Below are positions 49,975 through 60,100 of a DNA stretch of 64,000 nt, in pieces; positions within the stretch are counted from its first letter, which is position 1; each line of letters starts with the position of its first letter. Origin of the DNA: Smithellaceae bacterium (GTDB lineage Bacteria > Desulfobacterota > Syntrophia > Syntrophales > Smithellaceae); NCBI GenBank assembly GCA_963667845.2, contig CAXXVL010000002.1, forward strand, positions 1,312,001-1,376,000, in the 5' to 3' direction. The position numbers and the translations under genes were made by a program. Below the pieces are notes generated by a model. It had not been told where the DNA came from. It was given only the letters and a program-made list of their open reading frames with translations, and did not search any database.

Positions 49975-50037
49975 CGTTTACACTGCTTTCACCGTGTATT
50001 TAGTAAACATTGTGAACTTTATTCACATTATTGTCAA
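49975..50037 (-). promoter_or_regulatory. Promoter and operator of the HTH-ParA operon
   Basis: Minus-strand TTGACA-17 bp-CACAAT, overlapped by TGTGAA-N5-TTCACA; GTTTAC...GTAAAC inverted repeat downstream. Confidence 0.65.
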
Positions 50038-50333
50038 GAAATATTTTCTTCTAAATGCGCTTATGATTAGATTTCAGAGATAGGCGTGTAATATCAAGAT
50101 ATTGATAGTCAAGTCAAATCACGCGTGAGTCCGCCACTCGTAACTAATTCTCCAATTATCGACATTTCGACAATTCCATTAAAATTGCTGAATACGTGAA
50201 TGCACAAAAGTCCTTCACATCTCTTTTATGGGCGCTTTCCAGATATTTCGAATTCTAAGAAAAAATGCTGCGTTTTGTAAGTGGAGTTACTATCTATTAC
50301 TGAGAACCTGGATATTTAGGCACCCCCGGGTTT

Positions 50334-50896
50334 GACGGATGCTCACCGCCTTCGGCGGTTCGCTCTCTGCTTCATGACTCCCTGATCCTTGCTGCCATGC
50401 ACGTTACAACAGGCCCACTCAGTCACACCCTTTGCATTCGCAAAGGTTGCGCCTTCGCTACCCTGTGCGTAGTTGACCGGCACCATGCAACGTCACGCCG
50501 CCTGCATGGCCCTGCAGGCGATCGCGCCGAGCATCGTGCCTTACTGCAATCTTGCTGCCATGCGCGTTTCTATGCGGTGTGGCACATGGTCGCATGCTCC
50601 ACTGCTTCAGCAACAAGCGTCCGTCCATGGTCGTTTTAAGGTTTGGTCGCCAGTTGCTTCATTCGTTCCACACGCTCTCAAGTGCCTGTCCATTTGATTC
50701 TGTTCTAAGCGGTACGCAACATTCGCCCAGGCGCATTCGCTGATTGGGCTCAGAGCGTTGCAATCCGATTTATCGTTCTATGAGGTATGGCAAGTCGTTC
50801 GCAGCGGCACGTCGCATAAGGCGCCTTATGCAACATGGTTCTTTGACAAAGAACTTCCCGCTGCTCACTAAACATAACAAGTTATGCAACCTTGCC
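50334..50896. other. Highly self-complementary non-coding tract containing a dif-like site
   Basis: Nested helices, an 18-bp direct repeat, and ACGTCGCATAA-GGCGCC-TTATGCAACAT at 50809-50836. Confidence 0.55.
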
Positions 50897-50936
50897 GTCT
50901 ATTATTAATAGATTTATTTCTTTACTGTAGTCGGCT

Positions 50937-51218
50937 CTATTTCTTTTTTGCTTTTAAAGTCTTTTTGAGGATTGTTACGCGCTCCTTGTATTTCTGAATC
51001 TGCTTTTCAATTTCCGCCGGTTTCTTCTTCGACCAGTTCAAATACATCGTCCGGGCCCTCGTGCATTCTCTGCAGTCGCCTTGATACCGCCGGTATAGCT
51101 CTCCGGTCTTGACTGACTCAAACTGTTTATCAGGATCGCCTTTTTTCAATATTGCACCGCACTTGCGGCACGTCGTCCGTAAATCCGTGTCTGTGTGATC
51201 GCGTCCTCTGATTCCCAT
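50937..51218 (-). CDS. Small zinc-finger-like protein
   Basis: CRKC...CREC, basic helical tail, AGGAGG RBS. Confidence 0.7.
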   Translation of the reverse strand: MGIRGRDHTDTDLRTTCRKCGAILKKGDPDKQFESVKTGELYRRYQGDCRECTRARTMYLNWSKKKPAEIEKQIQKYKERVTILKKTLKAKKK

Positions 51219-51703
51219 ACATGCCTCCTTTTTTCGGTCATATCAGTTGCCAAAAAGGAATGCCATGCAAAATGATTATGCAGATGTTCTTTGCTGCGCC
51301 GCTGCGTTGGCATTGCAGCGGGTTTGTTATCCCCCTGCCTCCCGTCCCGTCCGCCCCCGAGGGCTCCCCGTTTCTCAGCGCCTCTGATGCGCCTCCGCCC
51401 CTGCTTGCAACCTTCGGTTGCACAGTCGGCGCGCATCAAAGATCAATGGTTACGATTTGCACAGACTCCGGTAGACACACCACAATGCTTCGCCTGCACC
51501 AGGTTCGTCTGTAAAGGCGAGCATTGGGTAGACATACACTTTAACGGCCAGCATAGATTCCACCCCGGGAAACGCATTTTAACGAGCCAGGGACCATGTT
51601 TAAAGCAACTTCATGCCCCGCCTGATATTAAGTTCAACCGTGTCATGGGAATTGATTTTATTCTGTCTTCTTAATAAATATTTCTATTTTAGAAAGGAGA
51701 ATT

Positions 51704-52342
51704 ATGAATTACTACGCCAAAGCCATCGAAACAATTTATAAGGGGTATCGGTTTAGATGCAGGCTCGAAGCACGATGGGCCGTGTTCTTTGATGCGCTCG
51801 GTATGCCATTCGAATACGAAAAGGAAGGATTCGTTCTGAATGATGGCACAAAATATTTGCCGGATTTCTGGTTGCCTTCGTTAAAACTGTGGGTCGAGAT
51901 CAAGAGTGAGTTGAATTTCCTTGAATACGTAGTGCCGGATTTTTATAACGCTGCCTTATCAAGGATTGAAAAGTTATATTCCTGTCCGGAACTTAATTTG
52001 ATGCGGCGATTCAGGGATTGTCAGCCGTGGCCTGTTGCTTGTGTCGCCGGTCAGCCGGGCAAACACAAAATATGGTTCTTCGGATCGGATATGTCGAGCA
52101 GCAGTGCCGGCGAATATGAAGATAGCAATGCTCTTTGGTGCGTCGCCAATGGTCAGGTCACTTTGAACGTTCATATATCAAGTCCAGACCGCGAAATATA
52201 CGGAGATAGCTTGAATGGTCCTATGCTTGAACACTTCACGCTTGCCAGGGATCACAAATTCATTGTTGGACCGATCGAGGATGCACTGAAGAAAGCGCGC
52301 CAGGCGAGGTTCGAGCATGGCGAGAAGCCGGAGATTAAGTGA
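51704..52342 (+). CDS. PD-(D/E)XK-family nuclease-like protein (phage-type)
   Basis: YKGYRFR.RLEARWAVFFD...YLPDFWL...WVEIK; AAGGAG RBS. Confidence 0.8.
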   Translation: MNYYAKAIETIYKGYRFRCRLEARWAVFFDALGMPFEYEKEGFVLNDGTKYLPDFWLPSLKLWVEIKSELNFLEYVVPDFYNAALSRIEKLYSCPELNLMRRFRDCQPWPVACVAGQPGKHKIWFFGSDMSSSSAGEYEDSNALWCVANGQVTLNVHISSPDREIYGDSLNGPMLEHFTLARDHKFIVGPIEDALKKARQARFEHGEKPEIK

Positions 52343-52482
52343 TATTATCCAAAAGTTTTCAGATTAGGGCGCATCAATAAATATATTATGGCCCCTCAGG
52401 CCATGTCGCAGATTGCCAAGAATGAATGAGATAAGGTTTATACTCACCATTAAAACTCTCAATGCTGTTGCTTTGCTTCTCC

Positions 52483-54648
52483 TTATTTCAGATACGTAAT
52501 CTCTGCCCCCCGCATCATTCGGGCTTCTTGGACGCCAGCTTCGAGGGAAAAAGCGCCGCTTTCAAATTTCTGGAACATATCGAGACCTCGATCCAGAGAG
52601 ATTCTCCAGCCTGTATCCGTTTCCACGCTGCGGGCGTGAAAGTTTGGACTGTGGCTCAGTTCCCAGGAAAAACTCACACGGGAACCGGTGAAGGTTTCTT
52701 CAATCTGGGCGAAAAACTCTGCTTGTTTTTCGCATGTACCTGGATCGGATTGCGTTACCAGATGGACTTCCACCTCATCTCCTTCCGGTACCACCTCGTG
52801 GACCATTTGCAGAAATTCCATCAGGTTGCGAACCTGAAAGAAAAGCCGGATGTAAGGATCATGGACAATGATTCTTCTCGCACCGTGTAAGTGATCGGCG
52901 AAGATACGGCGATAACTCCAACCGCGGGCATTTTCAGGAATCGTCAAATGACCCTGAAAAGGCGCTGATGTTTGACCAACACCCGATGTTGTTTCACCTG
53001 CGGGAGTCGGGTTTGCTGAGACTGCTCCGGAGGATTCCTCTGCTCCGGCAGCCTGTTCAGTTCCCTCTTGCACCCCTTTCATGTCATCTTCTTTTGATGC
53101 CTCTCTGGTTGGTCTCCGGAAAAAAGCGGGATACTGTTCCTCTTCCGGCGTTAGAACCTCCTGAAGTTTCCCGTCTGATACACGGCGATAAACAAAATCA
53201 TGTGGTGCGAACGTGTCATCGATGCGCAGAATGTGCTCCCGAACCCGGCGGCGCTCCTCCATCGCGAACCGCAGCATTTCCTCACATTCCGCCTCACTGC
53301 ACTTACCATCCGGGTAGATAAGTTTCATCAGACCTGAAAAAGTTTTTTCGATGCCGGTCTCGTCGCGGGTGGACAATTCCGAAGCGATTTCCATGTGTGC
53401 CTTGTAGTTTCCCGTAAAATCTTCATTGCGCATGTGCTTGAGTATTTCTGCAAGGTAATCCACTATGAACCCGTACCCGGATGAGAAAAGCTCGCTGCTT
53501 ATAACGGGGGACTCCCAGCCCGGGCTGTATGCATGGATGCGATCCAAGAAGGCAGAGTCAATATATTGCTCTGGAAGTGGTTCAAAGAAATGGGAATGCT
53601 TGAGCATGTAAGGGACGGATTTCTTCGTGTTGCCCATGAAGACCATTGAGGCTTCGGCGCTCAATTGTTCGATACCGCGAGAAAAGGATTTGTTGGCCAT
53701 ATAGTTCTTCATAATGTCCACAAGGGCCTTGTCCACCTTTTTGTCCTTGCCCGCGAACTCGTCAAAGCAGATACAGTCCCAGTAACCCACAAGGCCGATA
53801 CGACCGTTAGAGTTGTTTACGAAGAGTTTCGGCGCTGAAACCTCGGAACCGGAAATGAGGATGCCGTTCGGAGAAAACTCAGCGTAGATGTGAGATTTTC
53901 CCGTTCCTTTCGGCCCCAGCTCGATGAGATTGTAATTGTGTTCACAGTAAGGAATAAGGCGGAGGAGAAATAGGAAGATTGCCCGGCGGCTCAGGACCTC
54001 CGGGTTGAAACCGATAGTCTGCATCAGGACGCCCAGCCATTCATTCGATGTGAAATGGCTGCGGGCTTTTACGAACTCATCGAAATCGATTCGTGAAACC
54101 TGAATCGGTTTAATCGCGTCAATTTGCCAAGGGCTTGATTTCCGGTCTTCCGTAACCTCATAGTTTAAATCTATAATAGACCAGATGCCGCCAACAAGAA
54201 GTTTAGGATGGCGGCGAACGAAATCATCCGGAACAGGCACCTTTGTCAGTCCAAGATTAGAAAACTTAGCTTCGTAATAGCCACCCTTATCATTCAACTC
54301 GACAGTTACTTTGTCGATGATCTTGTGGTTCCTCTTTTCTTTGATTGTGGATTTCACAAGTTCTGACTGGTTCCGGTACACATAGTGCTTTGCCAGTATC
54401 TTCCTGACGCTTTCCATTCCGGCCTCCAGCGCTGCGGGATCGTCGGTGGCACAATGCTGTCCCAGAAGATATTCTAGGACATAGGTGGGGACAATTGCGT
54501 TCTGCTTGAGTCCCTTGGTCAGGTCTTTGCGAACCACCAATCCCGGAAAATATTTAAGGATCTTTCGATCAAGAGCGCTGAGCTTGGCTGCTGTCAGATC
54601 CAAAGGCGCTGGTGTTTCGTCCGCATTCGGCAAAGGTTCATCATTCAT
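52483..54648 (-). CDS. brxL: BREX BrxL with a C-terminal MIT_C (PLD-like) domain
   Basis: VPTYVLEYLLG, ELGPKGTGKS, FDE, AFLDRIH; C-terminal DPYIR...HARSVETDTGWRISLDRGLD. Confidence 0.9.
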   Translation of the reverse strand: MNDEPLPNADETPAPLDLTAAKLSALDRKILKYFPGLVVRKDLTKGLKQNAIVPTYVLEYLLGQHCATDDPAALEAGMESVRKILAKHYVYRNQSELVKSTIKEKRNHKIIDKVTVELNDKGGYYEAKFSNLGLTKVPVPDDFVRRHPKLLVGGIWSIIDLNYEVTEDRKSSPWQIDAIKPIQVSRIDFDEFVKARSHFTSNEWLGVLMQTIGFNPEVLSRRAIFLFLLRLIPYCEHNYNLIELGPKGTGKSHIYAEFSPNGILISGSEVSAPKLFVNNSNGRIGLVGYWDCICFDEFAGKDKKVDKALVDIMKNYMANKSFSRGIEQLSAEASMVFMGNTKKSVPYMLKHSHFFEPLPEQYIDSAFLDRIHAYSPGWESPVISSELFSSGYGFIVDYLAEILKHMRNEDFTGNYKAHMEIASELSTRDETGIEKTFSGLMKLIYPDGKCSEAECEEMLRFAMEERRRVREHILRIDDTFAPHDFVYRRVSDGKLQEVLTPEEEQYPAFFRRPTREASKEDDMKGVQEGTEQAAGAEESSGAVSANPTPAGETTSGVGQTSAPFQGHLTIPENARGWSYRRIFADHLHGARRIIVHDPYIRLFFQVRNLMEFLQMVHEVVPEGDEVEVHLVTQSDPGTCEKQAEFFAQIEETFTGSRVSFSWELSHSPNFHARSVETDTGWRISLDRGLDMFQKFESGAFSLEAGVQEARMMRGAEITYLK

Positions 54649-57133
54649 CGAAATCACTCCCAAATGGTTTCTGCAATCTTAGTGTGTAGCTTCTGTAAAC
54701 GACGGACTGACTGGTCCCCGGCAGCGTCTCCTCCATGCGCAATTCAATCTCCTGATTATTGCAATCGTCTGCGTTCCTGGAAAGAGCAAGAACAATCGTC
54801 GTTTCTCTCCGTCTGGCTTCGCTGTCGGAGGAGTCAAAGGAAACAGCGCGTACCTCAGACAAAGGCGCTCCCTCTTTGGAGAACAGCCCTATCCGAAGCT
54901 GCCGGGCAAGAATCTTGTCATCAATCGGCTGCTCCTGATAAAGAGCGAAACTGGCTTGGCCGGTCGTAATTTTAGACGGCAGCCGGAGAACGTCCACCTC
55001 GACACGGCTTGTGTCACTGGCGCGCGCCTTATGGATACGTAGCACGGGCACAACGATTTCCTGGAGTGCTGTACCGCCATGAACGTAGCGTTTTCCGGAC
55101 CCTTGCAAAGGGAAACGGCCAAGCGACAGGGGAAAGGCAACCGTCCACTCCCCGGTCCAACCAAGATCAGCAGCCTGAAAGAGCTTCACACCCGGACCGT
55201 TTTGAACATGGTTGCCCATCGCAAAACGCCGGCTGCGGTATGTCCATTCAACCGCCTGCGGCAGGGTCGCCATATCGGCTTCTGCCACAGCCTCCTGCTG
55301 AAAGAGGAAACCATGATCCGACGTCAAGATCATATTCGATGCGTTGATGTTAGCGATTTTTTTCATAATTTTCATCAGCTCGCCAAAGGCGCGTTCGACC
55401 GCTTCCACGGTCTGAGCTTCCGTAGAAACGGAGTCGCCCACGGCGTCGATTGCGTTGTGATAGATATAGACCACGTCGTGATCGCGCATCAGGGCGCGTC
55501 CCTCAGTCTTGGTGTTTAGTTCCAGAAACTGTTCGGCCTGCAGGGCGATGCCTCTTCCATTTAACTTGGCCTTCACAATCTCGCTGCGGTTTTGTGTTCC
55601 TATGGTACTGCCGCCGTCCAGAGTCACATTGCCTGTCGTCGCGTCTATTTCACGGGTCTTGCCGGGAAGAAGCGCCGCCATCCCAAGCTGTGTGTAGGAA
55701 GGCAGCGCACCGAGCATTGCCTCCACATCGCATGTCCACCGATCCTCATTTCTCAGCAAGGCGGCAAATTCACAGGCTGCTTCATAGCGTAGAGCGTCGG
55801 AGATCACCACAAAGACCTTCTGACCTCTTTCCAAAAAAGGCTGCACGTAGCGATCAAAAAATATTGTTTGCGGGGAAAGCGCGTCTGACGACCACCGCGT
55901 CAGTTCCCGGATTCGGTCGCTCCAGCGGTCGGTCAGGGGAAGAAGAAAATTATTCACATAGGTTTTTTCCACCCAGGTGGTTATCTGCCCCATCAAATGG
56001 GTCTGCGCATAGGCACGCTGATGGAACCAGAACCGGCGGTAGGCCATGTCGATCCGCCACCAACTTCGGGTGTAACGGGTAAGACCTTCATTCAAGGTGC
56101 CCACACTCAGCTCTGCCCCTGCAACCAGCTCCCGCATTTCGATAGCATGCTCCAGCGCTCGATAACCCTGCTCATGATTCGGATACCAGAACGAGCGGCG
56201 GCGGCGCTGAATAATTGAGAGGATTGCTTCCTTGTCGGCGCCCGTCTCGAATGAACGGCAAAGCGAATGAATGACCTTCTTCTCGAAAACGGGAAACTCA
56301 TCTGCATCCAGAATGATGGCAATGTCTGCAAGCGATTCCAACCGGGCTTCGACGTGCAGATCTGCCTCCATGCGGGCAGACCAATGTTTGAATGTATCCG
56401 CGTGACTCTGGCTATCCTTCCATCTCTGAAGAAATACCCGTCCGTGGGAATTCAACGAGGCCGAAGTCTCCAATGGATTGGCCCCCCGGAAAAGGCTCAC
56501 GACAAAATCGACAAGCGACGGTTCAGCAGCCGTGTAATTGAAAAGCGGCGCTGCCGCCTTCCAAAAGTCGCCTACCAATTCAGCCGGACCCAGCGCTTCC
56601 GTGACGGGGTCGAACAGCGATGCCCGGGTTGCTTCCCTGAGGAAATGTAGAAGTAAAGCGTCCACGTCAGGAGTGGTTCCTGTCAGGACGGCCATCATCT
56701 TCAAGCGGACAGCGTCGGCATCATCGTCCTTGTCCAGGATTCCCCGCAGGGCCTCGATGTGTTTTTGTGCATTGAAAAAGTCAAGATGCTGTTCGACGAC
56801 AGGATGGAAGTCATAGGAAAGGCCGGTGTCCTGCAAAGCCAAAGAGGCACGGTCCGCCTTGAATTCATGACCCTGCAAAAGCAGGTCAAGAAGCCAGTTA
56901 TCCGCATCGCTTGGGCGGGGACTGGGGCAATAAACCAGAAATCGCATATTCCTGTCCGGATGGCGCAGGATGCGCACCTTAACGCCGAACTCGTTGTTCT
57001 CGACGCGCACCATTTCCACACCATCGGCGGTGAAAGCCTCAAATTCCTTCTTCCAATCACCTGTGTCGTCATACCAGAAAACAAGGCGATGCCGGCCAAG
57101 AACCTGACGAAGGCTATCGTGGATGCGTTTCAT
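54641..57133 (-). CDS. pglZ: BREX-1 alkaline-phosphatase-family protein PglZ
   Basis: ISDALRYE, LPSYTQLGMAALLP, TSDHGF, YVHGG. Confidence 0.95.
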   Translation of the reverse strand: MKRIHDSLRQVLGRHRLVFWYDDTGDWKKEFEAFTADGVEMVRVENNEFGVKVRILRHPDRNMRFLVYCPSPRPSDADNWLLDLLLQGHEFKADRASLALQDTGLSYDFHPVVEQHLDFFNAQKHIEALRGILDKDDDADAVRLKMMAVLTGTTPDVDALLLHFLREATRASLFDPVTEALGPAELVGDFWKAAAPLFNYTAAEPSLVDFVVSLFRGANPLETSASLNSHGRVFLQRWKDSQSHADTFKHWSARMEADLHVEARLESLADIAIILDADEFPVFEKKVIHSLCRSFETGADKEAILSIIQRRRRSFWYPNHEQGYRALEHAIEMRELVAGAELSVGTLNEGLTRYTRSWWRIDMAYRRFWFHQRAYAQTHLMGQITTWVEKTYVNNFLLPLTDRWSDRIRELTRWSSDALSPQTIFFDRYVQPFLERGQKVFVVISDALRYEAACEFAALLRNEDRWTCDVEAMLGALPSYTQLGMAALLPGKTREIDATTGNVTLDGGSTIGTQNRSEIVKAKLNGRGIALQAEQFLELNTKTEGRALMRDHDVVYIYHNAIDAVGDSVSTEAQTVEAVERAFGELMKIMKKIANINASNMILTSDHGFLFQQEAVAEADMATLPQAVEWTYRSRRFAMGNHVQNGPGVKLFQAADLGWTGEWTVAFPLSLGRFPLQGSGKRYVHGGTALQEIVVPVLRIHKARASDTSRVEVDVLRLPSKITTGQASFALYQEQPIDDKILARQLRIGLFSKEGAPLSEVRAVSFDSSDSEARRRETTIVLALSRNADDCNNQEIELRMEETLPGTSQSVVYRSYTLRLQKPFGSDFDE

Positions 57134-60100
57134 CAATCCTCCTCCTTGGCTGCCAGGCCGGGAATTGGGGCAAGGGCTTTGCCGAATTTGAGATAGTTGA
57201 CCTTCACACCGTCATCAAGGTCCAGTTCGATTCGCTGCTGGGCGAGGGGCAGGATAATCTCCCGCTCGTACTCTTCGCATTCGCGAAGAGTCTTCTTGAG
57301 GGCGTCGCTTTCCCTAAGGGCTGCCGTCTTTTCCCGGGCACTTTCGCTGGTGGCCTGAACGTGTTCCAAATGCTCAATGCGGGATTGGAGTTTGTGCAAG
57401 TAGTCTCTCAAATACCCGTTGAGCAGGACGTTTACAGTGTCGTGGGTGTAACGGTGCAGGTAAATGAGCGCGGAAAAACTCTTTTTTGGACTTTGAAACA
57501 GCCAATAGATGGGGCGCTTCTTGTAGGTCTGGAGATGGTCTTTGTAGAAGTCGGTCATGAAGTATTTGCGCAGGTCTTTGCCGAGGGATTCCTCGATAAA
57601 ACGAACATTCACCTCCAGCGTGGCCACGCCGAACGTTGCGCGGAGAAAGTCGCGTGTGCGGGCCACGATGTCGTCCTCGAACCATTCTCGGTCGAGTACC
57701 GGGATGACGCCATCGGCATCGGGCGTGAAAGTAAGCTGGTCAAACGGCTTGCCAATCTTGGAGAGGTAATGTTCCAAGGTGTCGCCTGCGTCGGCAAGGA
57801 TGAGGCCAGGATGGTCAAGTGAATAGCGGCCCATCATGCAGCCGACGGCATAGGCCAGGAAGGCCGCTATATCGCGGCGGGCATCGGCGCGGGCAAGGGT
57901 TATTTGCTCCTCGGGCACATCTGGCGTCAGCTCATCCTGTAAATCATAGGCATCGATGAAGAGCCGATTGTTCTCCGTCTCCAATTCCTGCATCTGGCGG
58001 ATGGCGGCGGTGTTCTGCGTCTCCCAATTTCGCCAGCTTGCCTCAAGCGTCGCTCCCTTCAACCCCGACCGCAGCAATGGCTGGTCGCTGAAGTCCCATG
58101 AGGTCTCGAAGTTGTCCCAGTCGGCGCGGGCGAGGGTTACGCAACTTTGTGTCTGCTTGGTGACTACAGCTTGGAAGCTGGCGTGGTTTCTTGGAAGCGG
58201 AACCTGCCTGATCGACCCCACATTGAAATCTACTGTCGCCGCCATAAATTCAAACAGCTTTCGTGCGACAACCGTATTCAAGAGCGCAAGGATGAAGAAA
58301 ACCTCAGATTGGGAAGGGAAACAACCTGCTCCTTTTGCACTGAATGTGAAGCCAGGTGGACTGTGCCGGGCGGAGAATAGCGATATTGATAACGCGGACC
58401 AAGTCACGCCTTCCCTGAAATAAAGGTTTCGCGATGGTAGACAATTCCCGCTCGTCAACAATACGTTGTAATTTTCTTCATCAAACGCGACGACATAGTC
58501 GTTGTTCCCATACCACTTCTGAAATTCGCCCCCTTTGTTATATGGAACCCATTTGATTTGTCCGCTGACATCGTCTTTGGTAGTAGCGTCATATTTTGAT
58601 TTTGAGTGCCCAACTTCGTGCCAGAAACGCATGAATCTATCGTTGTCTCCTGTTTGGAAGCCCTGCCGCACAATCCCCACATCTTCGATGATTTGAGAAT
58701 TACCGAATACCGCCGCAAGGGCTGGAGAAATCCAATAGGCAAAGATGTGAAAAGGCAGCGGTTGAAAACCGCTACAGTCGCAGTTGTGGATAGGATAATT
58801 GTTCCTATCGAAGAAATTGCTTTCCAGTTGGGCGTTGGACTGAACCTCGCTTGTCTTTTGGAAGAGACGGCGAAAGTGCGCCAATTTACTGCTCGGAAGG
58901 GAGTTTTTGATCGTAAAGGCACAACTCCCAAAGTCGGCACCCCATACGCCTCTGCCATTGTGGATCAAAGTTTGGACATTGATACCATAAATCAGTGATT
59001 CACGGAGATCAGCGAACGAAGAAAGAAACAGCCAATTTGGAATCGTGATCATTCCAATTTGCCCGTCGTCCAATGCTAGTCTGATATTTTGCTGGATATA
59101 GCACCCATAGAGGTCTGGATGTCCTTCACTATACGTTTTCTCAGTCATCCGCTTCAGTGGCCCGTTGAAGAATTTGCTCTTCATATAGGGTGGATTGGCC
59201 ACGACGACGTGATACCGCTGGGTGAGCATTTCAGCCTGATCAAAGGCGCGGAGGACCTTGCGGTGCGTTTCTTGACACAGGAGATCGTCGCCTGGGTTCA
59301 CCATTGCTAACCGGGATTTGAGAGTGGCGATTTCCGCTGCGCTCAGTAAAGGCTGGATCAGTGACCCGAATGTAGAAGTGTCCTCACGAAACTGGTGAAC
59401 TTGCCGCAAAACATTTTCCGAAAAGAGTTCGCGCAGGCCGGGCAGACGGAGGTAATCCGTCATCTCTTCTGAAGTGATCTTCACATCCTCCAGGCACATG
59501 ACCTGCGGCTGGATGGGTGTTCGGAACGCTAAACGGGATTTCTCGCGAGCCTTGCAGACAAGGGCAAACTGGGCAAGCTGGGTTGCCCGTGAACAGATTT
59601 CCAGGCCAAAGAGGTTATGGCGAAGAATGAGTCCGGGAATTTCGCCGGGTGCATGCCCTTCCTCCTCGTAAATAAGATAGAGAAGGTCAAATGAATATGT
59701 GAGCATGTGCCCGGAGCCAGTGGCCGGATCGAGCAAACGAATTTCCTCTGGTTTGGTGATTTTGAGAAAGTCGGTCTCGGGTTCGCCCTCGATGTAGTAG
59801 GGCATGTGCTTGCGGAGCGCAGAACCGGGACGATTCAGCAACCAGAGACGACCAAGGGAGTTCTCAACCAGGTATCGGACAATCCAGTGTGGCGTGAAGA
59901 GTTGGGTGACGGCGGGGATGTCCTCGACGGGTACAGGACTCTTACGAGCCATGACTTGGTCTTTCTTTTCCGCTATGTAAAACTGGTATAGCCAACCTAT
60001 GATCTCCACTTCGGCGCAATCGTCATCGGTAATATCATCGCGGAAGCCTTGCACAACGGAATGTTCGGTAAGGAGGTCATCAGGCAGGAGCAACTCCGTT

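Noticed and set aside
50397..51674. Several short overlapping ORFs in the structured tracts
   Set aside because: No RBS and atypical composition; better explained as non-coding structure (only 50937-51218 kept)
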